The notes: generated by a model from the letters alone, not told the origin. A stretch of 64,000 nt of DNA from Candidatus Omnitrophota bacterium (GCA_021735045.1 JAIPHU010000003.1:304-64303); one strand, 5' to 3'; counted from the first letter of the stretch, positions 41,711 through 50,511 are shown. Numbers and translations: made by a program.

Positions 41711-42511
41711 TTATTTTTGACAGCGGGGACAAAAGCAGGTTCCTCTCCCGGCTACAACCACCTTTTTAAGAAAAGTTTTACAAACTGGACAAGGTTCATT
41801 CTTTTTCCCATAAACTTTCAGCCTTTTTTCCATTCCCCCGGCTTCTCCGCTTAAATCACGATAAGAATCAACCGATGATCCCCTGTATTTTACAGCTTCG
41901 GTTAAAACCGCTTTTAAATTTTGGTAAAGCTTTTTGATTTCTGAGCCAGATAAACTGTTTGCTCTGCGGCGCGGGTCAATTTTTGCCAAAAACAGAGCTT
42001 CTTGAGCATAGATATTTCCAACTCCGGCAATAAAATTTTGATTCATGATTAAAGCCTTGATATTTCCTTTTTTAGGCTCCACCATCTGTCTAAATTGCTC
42101 AGCGGTTAACTGAAAAATTTCTGGGCCCAATTTTTTTAAAAAATCTAAATCTTTGTAATTTTTTCGCAATCGCAGGTGCCCAAGCAAGCGTGAATCCATG
42201 TAATTAAGTGCTTTGCCATTGGAGAAATTGAAAATTACTCTAGCCCGTTCTTGGCTTTCTCCATAATGAAGCCAGCCGGTCATTCTTAAATGAATTACTA
42301 AAAATTTTTCTTTTTTTAATTTAAGAATCAAAAGCTTGCCCCGCCTGATCACCTTTTCAACTTCTTGACCAATAATTTCTTTTTTAAATTGGGGCCAGGA
42401 TGGTTCTTTTATCACTTCAACTCTGTTAATTTTTACTGCAGTAATTTCTTCCCCGAGAACATTTTCGGCTAATTCTCTTTTGATTGTCTCGACTTCTGGT
42501 AATTCTGGCAT
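41711..42511 (-). CDS. mutM: Formamidopyrimidine-DNA glycosylase
   Basis: MPELPEVETIKRELAENVLGEEI N-terminus (catalytic P2/E3). C-terminal CPVC...CPRC zinc finger. Confidence 0.9.
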   Translation of the reverse strand: MPELPEVETIKRELAENVLGEEITAVKINRVEVIKEPSWPQFKKEIIGQEVEKVIRRGKLLILKLKKEKFLVIHLRMTGWLHYGESQERARVIFNFSNGKALNYMDSRLLGHLRLRKNYKDLDFLKKLGPEIFQLTAEQFRQMVEPKKGNIKALIMNQNFIAGVGNIYAQEALFLAKIDPRRRANSLSGSEIKKLYQNLKAVLTEAVKYRGSSVDSYRDLSGEAGGMEKRLKVYGKKNEPCPVCKTFLKKVVVAGRGTCFCPRCQK

Positions 42512-42669
42512 AGCTTTTTATCCTTTATTTTATTCTTTGTATCAAATTATTTTCTTTTTTATATAGATAACGTCGGATCCAATATTATTATTGATTAAGT
42601 TTTGCTTCGCAAAAATTGGATGCGACTTCTGGTAATTCTGGCATTATACTCTCCAGGTTAACTCAATTT

Positions 42670-42760
42670 ATTATCAACGAATATACGAATCAATTACGAA
42701 TTTACAAATAGAAATAAATATTCGTATATTCGTAGGAGATTGGTAAATTCGTTGATTAAT
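42670..42760. repeat. ACGAAT/ATTCGT iteron-like palindromic element, copy B
   Basis: ACGAAT at 42677, 42685, 42696, then ATTCGT at 42720, 42728, 42747. Nested inverted repeats (atcaacgaa/ttcgttgat). Confidence 0.6.
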
Positions 42761-42767
42761 TCTTCTC

Positions 42768-43160
42768 CTAATTAATTATCTTCAGATAGACTTTCCTGTC
42801 CCGCGGGCCATCAAACTCACAGAAATATATTCCCTGCCAAGTTCCTAAAACAATCTCATTGTTTTCTATAATCAACTCTAGGGTAGGCCCCAAAAGTGAG
42901 CTTTTTATATGAGAATCAGAGTTGCCTTCTGCATGCCGATAACCTTTATCGGCAGGAACAAGCTGATTTAGATAATTTATGATATCCTCACAAACTGCCG
43001 GGTCCGCATTTTCATTTATAGTTAAAGCCGCAGTAGTATGAGCACAAGACAAAAGACAGATTCCTTTCTTTATCTGAGATTTTTTTATTATCTGTTTTGT
43101 TTCTGAACTGATATCAATAAGTTCATTCCTTTTTTTTGAACTAATATTTATTGTTTCCAT
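42768..43160 (-). CDS. YjbQ/UPF0047 family protein (secondary thiamine-phosphate synthase-like)
   Basis: CAHTTAALTINEN...NSDSH...LGTWQGIYFCEFDGPRDRKVYLKI matches YjbQ family conserved blocks. 130 aa. Confidence 0.7.
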   Translation of the reverse strand: METINISSKKRNELIDISSETKQIIKKSQIKKGICLLSCAHTTAALTINENADPAVCEDIINYLNQLVPADKGYRHAEGNSDSHIKSSLLGPTLELIIENNEIVLGTWQGIYFCEFDGPRDRKVYLKIIN

Positions 43161-43180
43161 AAAAAACCCCCTTGGTATAT

Positions 43181-43417
43181 CTAGTTAAAAAAGATAAAAT
43201 AACTCAACAAAACTATAATTAATATAAAAACCGTCCAATAGACCCAACTGGATCTTTTCCCAAAATCTACCGGCTTGCCACAGTAGTAACAGTTGATAGC
43301 ATCTTTTGGGATTGGTTTATGGCAGTAGGGACACTCTACTAGTTGATTGTAATCTAGGCCCTCTTTTTGTTCAGTTATTTGTTTATAGTCAAAAAAATCT
43401 TCCGGCATCTTTATCAA
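43181..43417 (-). CDS. Zinc-ribbon membrane protein, hypothetical
   Basis: CPYCHKPIPKDAINCYYCGKP (two CxxC) then a C-terminal TM helix. 78 aa. Confidence 0.4.
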   Translation of the reverse strand: MIKMPEDFFDYKQITEQKEGLDYNQLVECPYCHKPIPKDAINCYYCGKPVDFGKRSSWVYWTVFILIIVLLSYFIFFN

Positions 43418-43434
43418 TCAGCTTAGTTTATTTT

Positions 43435-43947
43435 TTAGGTTAAATGCTTATGGATACCCTTGTATTCTGTGGTTTTTTCTACTCTAAAAAATACAAGTTG
43501 AGCTATGCGCGCATTTTCTTTTATCTTAACCCCAGCTGGATTTTGCACAGATAAAAGAAACTCCCCCTTACCTGAAAAACCTGCATCCCAGACCCCATGA
43601 GAACTAAAGCACCCCATGCGCAAAATAGAGGTACGGCTAAAAGCCAATGCCGTTAAATTATTAGGTAAATTTATTATCTCGTTAGTTTTAATTTTATAAG
43701 AACCCGGAACAAGGCTCCACCAACCATATTTATCTTCTGGATTTTTTTTCTCAAGAACAACTTCCTCTCCTTCCGGAATTATTCTTTCATCATTAGAAAA
43801 ATCCAATGACCCAGCCTTTAGGAAAGTTGACAATTTAGCTACAGTTAAATCAACTCCGTTTGGAGTAAGCTGTTTTTCTAGGTTTATATAGTTTTCGATT
43901 AGATCTTTTCCTTCAATTAAATCTCTGATTTCTTTTTTGTTTAACAT
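43435..43947 (-). CDS. dcd: dCTP deaminase / dUTPase-family protein (short Dcd-like)
   Basis: AFSRTSILRMGCFSSHGVWDAGFSGKGEFLLSV matches the dUTPase-fold motif III/IV region. 170 aa. Confidence 0.55.
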   Translation of the reverse strand: MLNKKEIRDLIEGKDLIENYINLEKQLTPNGVDLTVAKLSTFLKAGSLDFSNDERIIPEGEEVVLEKKNPEDKYGWWSLVPGSYKIKTNEIINLPNNLTALAFSRTSILRMGCFSSHGVWDAGFSGKGEFLLSVQNPAGVKIKENARIAQLVFFRVEKTTEYKGIHKHLT

Positions 43948-44383
43948 GATATTTTATCTCCTCTATTGCATCTTTAGGTGTTTCTTTTTTTATTATTCCT
44001 TCTATATCCCAGCTATCTATTCCTACCACAATTTTACCTTCCGATAAAGCAAAGCCTATTTCTGAAAGAGTACCATATTTCCCATCAACTGCTACTATAT
44101 AATCTGCCGACCTAACTACCAAGGTATTACGCACAAAGCCAAGGCCCGTAGGTATTTTAATATCTAGATAATTGTTTGCTTCTTTGCCGTCATAAGAAGG
44201 CAAAAGCCCCACAGTAACTCCTCCTGACTGTTTTGCCCCACAACAAGCTGCTTCCATAACCCCTGGGCCTCCACCACAAACTAGAACCCAGTTTTCTTGA
44301 GCAATAAGCTCCCCAACAACTTTTGCTGTTTTGTAAGCTTTTTCTGAACACTTTGAACCACCGATTACTGCTATATTTAACAT
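43913..44383 (-). CDS. LOG/TIGR00725-family Rossmann nucleotide-binding protein
   Basis: VCGGGPGVMEAACCGA and DGKYGTLSEIGFAL motifs (GGGxGxM / GGYGTxEE pattern). 156 aa. Overlaps dcd by 35 nt. Confidence 0.6.
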   Translation of the reverse strand: MLNIAVIGGSKCSEKAYKTAKVVGELIAQENWVLVCGGGPGVMEAACCGAKQSGGVTVGLLPSYDGKEANNYLDIKIPTGLGFVRNTLVVRSADYIVAVDGKYGTLSEIGFALSEGKIVVGIDSWDIEGIIKKETPKDAIEEIKYHVKQKRNQRFN

Positions 44384-44395
44384 GAGTTTTAACTT

Positions 44396-44513
44396 TTATC
44401 CTTTATCCTTTATCCTTGATAGTGTCCCTGGCAGCCCCGACGCTCGCACTCCGTGTTCGGTCGGGAGATTCGGCCTACATTTCTGGCTCCATCCTCCCCT
44501 TTTTACATTTATC
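44396..44513 (-). ncRNA. GC-rich structured island plus (TTATCCT)x3 tandem repeat between tRNA-Arg and the LOG gene; candidate ncRNA of unknown class
   Basis: 44424-44513 is ~65% GC in a ~33% GC genome (ccctggcagccccgacgctcgcactccgtgttcggtcgggagattcggcc). No ORF support. The track ORF 44382-44579 lies antisense to the tRNA and is probably spurious. Confidence 0.3.
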
Positions 44514-44585
44514 TACCCCTTAGGAGAGTCGAACTCCTATCTCAGGCTCCGGAGGCCTGCGCTTTATCCATTAAGCTAAAGGGGC
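44514..44585 (-). tRNA. tRNA-Arg (anticodon CCG)
   Basis: Reverse-complement GCCCCTTTAGCTTAATGGATAAAGCGCAGGCCTCCGGAGCCTGAGATAGGAGTTCGACTCTCCTAAGGGGTA. Confidence 0.8.
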
Positions 44586-44611
44586 AAGATATCCATTGAG
44601 CTACAGGGACT
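44586..44611 (-). repeat. Degenerate tandem copy of a tRNA 5' acceptor/D-arm segment abutting tRNA-Arg
   Basis: Minus-strand GTCCCTGTAGCTCAATGGATA versus tRNA-Arg GCCCCTTTAGCTTAATGGATA (17/21). Confidence 0.45.
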
Positions 44612-44676
44612 AAGTTGAAATAAACTTAGCAACTACTAAATCTTACCGCAATTAGGGTATTTTGTAAATTTATCTG

Positions 44677-45945
44677 CTAAAATTGTTTTCCTTTATGAAA
44701 AACTTTTTCGATTTTTCCTTGCAGTTTTCGGCCGAGAAAACAAGAATTTTTGGATTTAGAATAAAAGTTTTCTTTAGAGACTACCCACTCTTTATCCGGA
44801 TTAAAAATAATTAAATCTGCATCGGCTCCAACTTTAATTGATTTTTTCTTTATTTCTAAAATTTCAGCAGGGTTGGTTATAAACTTATCTAGCAAACTCT
44901 GCCAGCTTAAAAATTTCTTTTTAATAAGTTCTGTAAATGCCACCGAAAGCTCTGTTTCCAGCCCAATTGTCCCGAACTCAGCTCTTTGAAATTCAATATC
45001 TTTTTCATTCTCTGTATGAGGAGCATGATCAGAAGCAATTACATCAATTACGCCATCAGCTAAAGCTTGTTTGATTGCTAAAATATCCTCTTGGTTGCGT
45101 AAGGGTGGATTGATTTTTTTGTTGGTATCAAAACTCCAAAGATCTTTTTCCGATAATGAAAAATAGTGGGGAGCAGTTTCTGCGGTAACCTGAACTCCTT
45201 TCTTTTTAGCTTTCGCAATAATCTCTATGGATTCCTTACAGCTTACGTGAGCAATGTGTATTTTTGCATCAGCTTTTTTTGCTAACTTTATGTCTCTAGC
45301 TACTCTCATAAACTCGGCTGACTTTGGTATTCCCCGCAAACCAAGACAAGTCGAACTAAAGCCTAGATTGAGCACTCCTCTTTTTGATAAAGTTTTATCC
45401 TCGCTGTGGCAGATTACAGTAATATTGTTTTTCTTAGCTTGCTTTAAAGCTTCTAGCATCAGTTGGCTATTATCCACTGAATCACCATCATCGGTTATAG
45501 CTTTTATCCCTTCTTTAGCTAATCTTTCTATATCACCAAGCTCTTTGCCTTTTCTGCCTTTGGTTATGGCTGCAGAAAGAAAAACATCAACAAAAGCTTC
45601 TTGTTTAATCTTTCTTTTTAGGTATTTTACTGTTTCTCTGGAATCTATCGCTGGTTCTGTATTTGGCATAGCTAAAACCGAACCTATTCCGCCGGCTAAA
45701 GCAGCTCTGGTACCAGTTTTAATCTCTTCTTTATCTTCCCTGCCTGGTTCACGTAAGTGAACATGCATATCTATAAGCATCGGCAATACTATCTTTCCTG
45801 CCGCATCTATAATTTTATCAATCCCTTCTGGATTAATAGCTGTTGCGATATCAATTATCTTGCCCGCCTCGATTAAAATATCTTCTTTCCTAGATCGGCC
45901 GGTACCGGCCCTAACTACTTTTGCATTTTTAATCAAAGTTTTCAT
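44677..45945 (-). CDS. pyrC: Dihydroorotase
   Basis: DMHVHLREPG metal-binding motif, 422 aa. Confidence 0.85.
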   Translation of the reverse strand: MKTLIKNAKVVRAGTGRSRKEDILIEAGKIIDIATAINPEGIDKIIDAAGKIVLPMLIDMHVHLREPGREDKEEIKTGTRAALAGGIGSVLAMPNTEPAIDSRETVKYLKRKIKQEAFVDVFLSAAITKGRKGKELGDIERLAKEGIKAITDDGDSVDNSQLMLEALKQAKKNNITVICHSEDKTLSKRGVLNLGFSSTCLGLRGIPKSAEFMRVARDIKLAKKADAKIHIAHVSCKESIEIIAKAKKKGVQVTAETAPHYFSLSEKDLWSFDTNKKINPPLRNQEDILAIKQALADGVIDVIASDHAPHTENEKDIEFQRAEFGTIGLETELSVAFTELIKKKFLSWQSLLDKFITNPAEILEIKKKSIKVGADADLIIFNPDKEWVVSKENFYSKSKNSCFLGRKLQGKIEKVFHKGKQF

Positions 45946-46892
45946 CTTTTTCTTGCTCCTGATACAAGATATAAAACAGCCATTCGAACCGCGATTCCGT
46001 TGGTAACTTGGTCTAAAATAACAGAGTTTGGCCCATCAGCAACTTCAGAAGATATCTCAATACCTCGATTGATCGGCCCCGGATGCATAACTATTATATT
46101 TTTATTTGTTTTTTCGATACGTTCTTGGGTAATGCCATAATTTTTAAAATAGTCTAGCTTTTGAGGAAACGCTGTATTTTCATCCCTTTCAAACTGCATT
46201 CTTAATACATTTACTGCATCAGATTGAGATAAAGCTTTATCTATATTTGAAGTTACAGAAACACCCATTTTTTCAATTTCAGCTGGAATAAGCATGGCCG
46301 GGGCACAGACTATAACTTTTGCTCCTAATTTAGTTAAGCCCCAAATATTTGAACGGGCAACCCGAGAATGAGCAATATCTCCAACAATAGTCACAGTCAG
46401 CCCCTCAATTTTACCCCTTTTTTCAACTAAAGTAAAAAGATCAAGCAAGGCTTGAGTAGGGTGCTCATGCCAACCGTCTCCAGCATTAACCACACCTATA
46501 TTTAGATGCCGGGAAAGCATCGCTGCTGCACCAGCTGCATTATGCCTTACTACGATTATATCTGCTTTTAAGGCTTCAATATTTCTACCTGTGTCATTAA
46601 GGGTCTCATTTTTCCGTACGCTTGAATATTCAGCTGCTATATTTATTACGTCTGCTGAAAGCCTTTTTGCCGCTACCTCAAAAGAGACTCTTGTTCTGGT
46701 AGAAGGTTCATAAAAAAGATTGACTATGGTTTTACCCCGTAAGGCCGGAACTTTTTTAATTTGGCGCGTAGTAACTTCTTTAAAAGATGCGGCCGTCTGG
46801 AGCAAGATCTCAATCTCTTCTTTTTTTAAATCCCCCAATCCCAGCAAATCTTTCTTGTACCAGTTTATAGCCTCTTTTCTTTTTTTGCTCAT
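45942..46892 (-). CDS. pyrB: Aspartate carbamoyltransferase catalytic subunit
   Basis: STRTR and HPTQ motifs, 316 aa. Overlaps pyrC and pyrR. Confidence 0.9.
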   Translation of the reverse strand: MSKKRKEAINWYKKDLLGLGDLKKEEIEILLQTAASFKEVTTRQIKKVPALRGKTIVNLFYEPSTRTRVSFEVAAKRLSADVINIAAEYSSVRKNETLNDTGRNIEALKADIIVVRHNAAGAAAMLSRHLNIGVVNAGDGWHEHPTQALLDLFTLVEKRGKIEGLTVTIVGDIAHSRVARSNIWGLTKLGAKVIVCAPAMLIPAEIEKMGVSVTSNIDKALSQSDAVNVLRMQFERDENTAFPQKLDYFKNYGITQERIEKTNKNIIVMHPGPINRGIEISSEVADGPNSVILDQVTNGIAVRMAVLYLVSGARKR

Positions 46893-47437
46893 CTCTTTCC
46901 CCGTAAAACAGCTTTATCTTCAGAATCTATTTCTTTTAGCTTTACCTCAACAATCTGTTCTTTTGCTGTAGGAATATTCTTCCCTACAAAATCAGCCCTA
47001 AAAGGAAGCTCCCTGTGGCCTCTATCGATCAAGGTCAGAAGTTGAATTTTTTCCGGACGGCCAAAGTCCATAATTTGATCTAGAGCAGCCCGCACTGTTC
47101 TGCCGCTAAACAAAACATCATCAACTAAAATTATTATTTTTTCGTAAATATCAAAACCAATAACAGTTTTTTTAACCACAGGGTTTGGCCCAATAGTAGT
47201 TAAATCATCCCGGTAGAGAGTAATATCAAGTTCTCCTAACGGTAAGCTTGTTTTGCTTATATCCTCAACTATATTTTTTATTCTTTTGGCTAAAGGAACT
47301 CCGCGAGTTTGAATTCCTACTAAAGCTATTTCGTTTGGGTTGGGATTTTTTTCTAAAATCTGGTGAGAAAGCCTAACCAGAGCTTTTTCTATATCTTGGC
47401 CAGTTAAAATTATCTTTTCTTTATTTTTATCTTCCAT
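46889..47437 (-). CDS. pyrR: Bifunctional pyr operon regulator / uracil phosphoribosyltransferase PyrR (ATG start at 47437 preferred over the track's upstream GTG at 47458)
   Basis: MEDKNKEKIILTGQDIEKAL aligns with PyrR N-termini. VDDVLFSGRTVRAALD PRPP motif. The track's extension would read through the PyrR-binding loop. Confidence 0.8.
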   Translation of the reverse strand: MEDKNKEKIILTGQDIEKALVRLSHQILEKNPNPNEIALVGIQTRGVPLAKRIKNIVEDISKTSLPLGELDITLYRDDLTTIGPNPVVKKTVIGFDIYEKIIILVDDVLFSGRTVRAALDQIMDFGRPEKIQLLTLIDRGHRELPFRADFVGKNIPTAKEQIVEVKLKEIDSEDKAVLRGKR

Positions 47438-47450
47438 GGTATTCCTTACT

Positions 47451-47464
47451 GGCCTCACTGGACC
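47451..47464 (-). promoter_or_regulatory. PyrR-binding RNA loop (GGUCCAGUGAGGCC) immediately 5' of the pyrR ribosome-binding site
   Basis: Matches the PyrR binding-loop consensus ARUCCNGNGAGG. Followed by AAGGAAUACC AUG. Confidence 0.6.
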
Positions 47465-47540
47465 AACTTAAAGGCTAGCATAATATTATTATATTTACCT
47501 TTTTATGTCAAGGACAAAAACCGATGCTTCCTAAGCCTTA

Positions 47541-48203
47541 TCAAGCTGGGGCCAATACTAAAGTAATTTCTCCTTTTGGCTTTTTTTTGCTAAAATGCTC
47601 TACCGCTTCTTTCAAGTTAGATTCAAAAACTTCTTCAAACTTTTTAGTTAATTCACGGCATACCGTTATTTTTCTATCTCCTAAAACTTCTTCTAACTCT
47701 CCTAGGGTACGAATAATACGGTAAGGAGACTCAAAAAAAACACAGGCTGTCGGCCAGTTTAAGATACGGGAAAAAAACCTTAGGCGGGCAGTTTTTTTGC
47801 GCGGCAAATAACCAAAAAAAGTAAACTCATTTGAACTTATACTGCTACTAGAAATTGCTGTAATTATACTAGAGGGGCCCGGTAAAGAAGTAACTTCAAT
47901 ATTCTTTTCTCTAGCTTCCCTTATTAGTTTAAACCCTGGGTCAGATATAGTAGGAGTGCCTGCACTTGATACCAAGGCGATATTTTTTCCTCTTTCTAGC
48001 TCATTTATAATTTGAGATTTTTTTCTATTTTCATTATGTTCATAAAAACTTATTAGCTTATTTTTTATATTAAAATGGTTTAACAAAGCCCCTGTTTTAC
48101 GAGTATCTTCAGCTAATATACAATTAACCTCCTCTAAAACGCGCAAGGCTCTTAAGGTTATATCTTCCCGATTTCCTATTGGAGTTGCGATTATATAAAG
48201 CAT
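47541..48203 (-). CDS. rsmI: 16S rRNA (cytidine1402-2'-O)-methyltransferase
   Basis: MLYIIATPIGNREDITLRALRVLEEVNCILAEDTR, 220 aa. Confidence 0.85.
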   Translation of the reverse strand: MLYIIATPIGNREDITLRALRVLEEVNCILAEDTRKTGALLNHFNIKNKLISFYEHNENRKKSQIINELERGKNIALVSSAGTPTISDPGFKLIREAREKNIEVTSLPGPSSIITAISSSSISSNEFTFFGYLPRKKTARLRFFSRILNWPTACVFFESPYRIIRTLGELEEVLGDRKITVCRELTKKFEEVFESNLKEAVEHFSKKKPKGEITLVLAPA

Positions 48204-48229
48204 GGTGTTTTCAATAGGGGTAGACCCCC

Positions 48230-50059
48230 TTACTCAACCGTGACCGACTTAGCCAGATTACGCGGCTGGTCTATCTCTGCCCCTAAGTTTCTTGCTACCG
48301 AATAAGCAAGTAGTTGTAGGGCTACAGCCACAAGTAAAGGTGAGAGTTCTTGATAGTTTAATCTGGGAATATAAATAGCTTGGTCTGCAAAAGGAAGAAT
48401 TTCTTTGTCGGCTGGATTAATTATTGCCAGAATCTTTCCTTTTCGAGCTTTTATCTCCTGCAAATTAGAAGCCATCTTCTCATAAAGATGATCCTTAGGG
48501 GCAATGCAGACTACGGCTCGATACTCATCAATTAAGGCAATCGGGCCATGTTTCATCTCCCCGGCCGGATAACCTTCTGCTGGGATATAAGATATCTCTT
48601 TTAATTTAAGAGCTCCTTCTAGGGCTGAAGGAAAATTTATCCCTCTTCCTAGAAAAAGAAAGCAACCCATCTTTGAAAATTTTTTGGCAATAGCCGCTAT
48701 TTTTTTGTTTTGTTTTAAGATTTTTCTCTGATAAAAAGGTATCTTAGATAACTCTTTTAATATCTTTTTTCTTTCTTCTTTAGGTACAGTATTTTTTATG
48801 GTAGCTAGATGCAAGCAAAACAGATAGAGACAAATCAACTGAGTTGTATAAGCTTTAGTCGATGCAACGCCGATTTCTGGACCAGCCGGTGTATAGATAA
48901 AGCTATCGCTTTCTCTAACCAAGCTTGAACCAATAACATTACAAATTGATAGTACTTTTGCTTTCTGCTGTTTTGCTTTTTTTAAAGCAGCTAAAGTATC
49001 TGCTGTTTCTCCTGATTGAGAGATAGCAATAAATAAATCTCCTTTGCTCACGTTAAAATCTCGATAACGAAACTCAGAAGATGTGTCGACCTCAACTTTA
49101 ATTTTGGTGTGTCGTTCTAGAAAATATTTAGCTACATAAGCAGCATGAAAGGCCGTACCGCAAGCGGTAATAAAAATATTTTTTATTCCTTTTAAGTATT
49201 TTTTGGTCAGTTTTAGCTGGTCAAAGTTAATTTTACTATCTTTTAGATATATATCTAAACTATCTTGCAAGACTTTGGGTTGCTCATAAATTTCTTTGAG
49301 CATAAAGTGCTTAAAGCCTTTTTTCTTAGCCTCCTCAGTTTTTATTTCTATTTTTTCTTTTTTTACCCTTAGCTTTTTACCCTCAAAGCTATAAAGTTTT
49401 ATTTTATTTTCTTCTAACACAGCTATTTGTTTTTCTTTTAAATAGATAACTTCTTTAGCTAAAGGAATTACAGCCGGTAAGTCTGAGGCTAAAAAAAACC
49501 CTTTATCCGCAACCCCAATTAAAAGCGGGCTTCTGTGACGAACCGCTACAATCTTATCTGGTTCAGATTCTGACAAAACACCTAAAGCAAAAGCCCCTTT
49601 AAGTTTTTTAACTGCAGAAGCTACAGCTTTTTCAATAGAGTTTTTATAAAAACTTGCGATTAAGTTTGCCACCACTTCTGAATCTGTATCGGTTTTAAAC
49701 TTATAGCCTTTCTTCTTTAATTTCTTTTTTAGGTCAAGATGGTTTTCTATAATTCCATTATGAACAACATATATATTTTTCTTAAAACTTTTATGCGGAT
49801 GAGCGTTCAACTTTACCGGCTTGCCGTGTGTAGCCCAGCGAGTATGGAGTAAGGCAGATGAGTATTTGTCATTTAGTTTAGCTCCTAAATCTTTTTTAAG
49901 TTTTTGGATTTTCCCAGAATTTTTTTGACAGAGAAATTTCTCCAGATTATAAGAGACTACCCCACAAGAGTCATACCCGCGATACTCTAACCTTTTCAGC
50001 CCCTCTATAAGACAAGAAAGCTTAACCTCTTTTCCTTTATATCCAAAAATACCGCACAT
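48230..50059 (-). CDS. glmS: Glutamine--fructose-6-phosphate aminotransferase
   Basis: MCGIFGY Ntn glutaminase start, two SIS domains, 609 aa. Confidence 0.9.
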   Translation of the reverse strand: MCGIFGYKGKEVKLSCLIEGLKRLEYRGYDSCGVVSYNLEKFLCQKNSGKIQKLKKDLGAKLNDKYSSALLHTRWATHGKPVKLNAHPHKSFKKNIYVVHNGIIENHLDLKKKLKKKGYKFKTDTDSEVVANLIASFYKNSIEKAVASAVKKLKGAFALGVLSESEPDKIVAVRHRSPLLIGVADKGFFLASDLPAVIPLAKEVIYLKEKQIAVLEENKIKLYSFEGKKLRVKKEKIEIKTEEAKKKGFKHFMLKEIYEQPKVLQDSLDIYLKDSKINFDQLKLTKKYLKGIKNIFITACGTAFHAAYVAKYFLERHTKIKVEVDTSSEFRYRDFNVSKGDLFIAISQSGETADTLAALKKAKQQKAKVLSICNVIGSSLVRESDSFIYTPAGPEIGVASTKAYTTQLICLYLFCLHLATIKNTVPKEERKKILKELSKIPFYQRKILKQNKKIAAIAKKFSKMGCFLFLGRGINFPSALEGALKLKEISYIPAEGYPAGEMKHGPIALIDEYRAVVCIAPKDHLYEKMASNLQEIKARKGKILAIINPADKEILPFADQAIYIPRLNYQELSPLLVAVALQLLAYSVARNLGAEIDQPRNLAKSVTVE

Positions 50060-50511
50060 TATATTTTTTGATTATTAACTTTTTTTCTTAAAAAGAAATC
50101 TTTTATATTCTTGTTAGTAAAATACAAAATAACTATAGAAAAAAATAAAAATTGGGGGAAAGCAAAAATTATAGAAGCTGGCTGAATTACAGCTGCTAAG
50201 ATAAAAAGAATAACAACAAAAACAGAGAACCAAACCATAACTTTTCTAGCTAGCTCTTTGCGATAAAGGATACCTATACCTGAAGATAAAAGAAACGCTG
50301 AAATAATTAAAGATATTTGATTAGCTATTTTTATTTGATCTTTTTTTATTTGGGAGCTAATTTCATTTTGCCCAATTCTTTTTAAAGAATCTCTATAGCT
50401 ATTATGATCTAAAGTAAAATAGTTAACTAGAGAAAGCAGTCCAAAGATAACAATTAATACACCTAAGATCAAGACTCCTTTAGGATTTTTTAGTTGTTCT
50501 TTGTTTTGCAT
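50059..50511 (-). CDS. Hypothetical membrane protein
   Basis: 150 aa, 4 predicted TM helices, no motif. Confidence 0.3.
   Translation of the reverse strand: MQNKEQLKNPKGVLILGVLIVIFGLLSLVNYFTLDHNSYRDSLKRIGQNEISSQIKKDQIKIANQISLIISAFLLSSGIGILYRKELARKVMVWFSVFVVILFILAAVIQPASIIFAFPQFLFFSIVILYFTNKNIKDFFLRKKVNNQKI

Noticed and set aside
44396-44513. Identification of the GC-rich island as SRP (4.5S) RNA or tmRNA
   Set aside because: Partial resemblance (CUGGCAG, AUGUAG, GGUCGGGAGAUUCGGCC versus GGUCCGGAAGGAAGCAGCC) is too weak. No GGAA tetraloop/AGCAGCC motif, no tag-peptide reading frame and no tRNA-like 3' end. Left as unclassified candidate ncRNA.
44382-44579. 65-aa plus-strand ORF spanning the GC-rich island and tRNA-Arg
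   Set aside because: Overlaps a tRNA gene on the opposite strand and a GC-rich probable RNA region. No ribosome-binding site. Proline/serine-rich translation from GC-rich DNA.
45254-45760. 168-aa plus-strand ORF within pyrC
   Set aside because: Antisense to dihydroorotase. Serine/leucine-rich translation typical of reverse frame.
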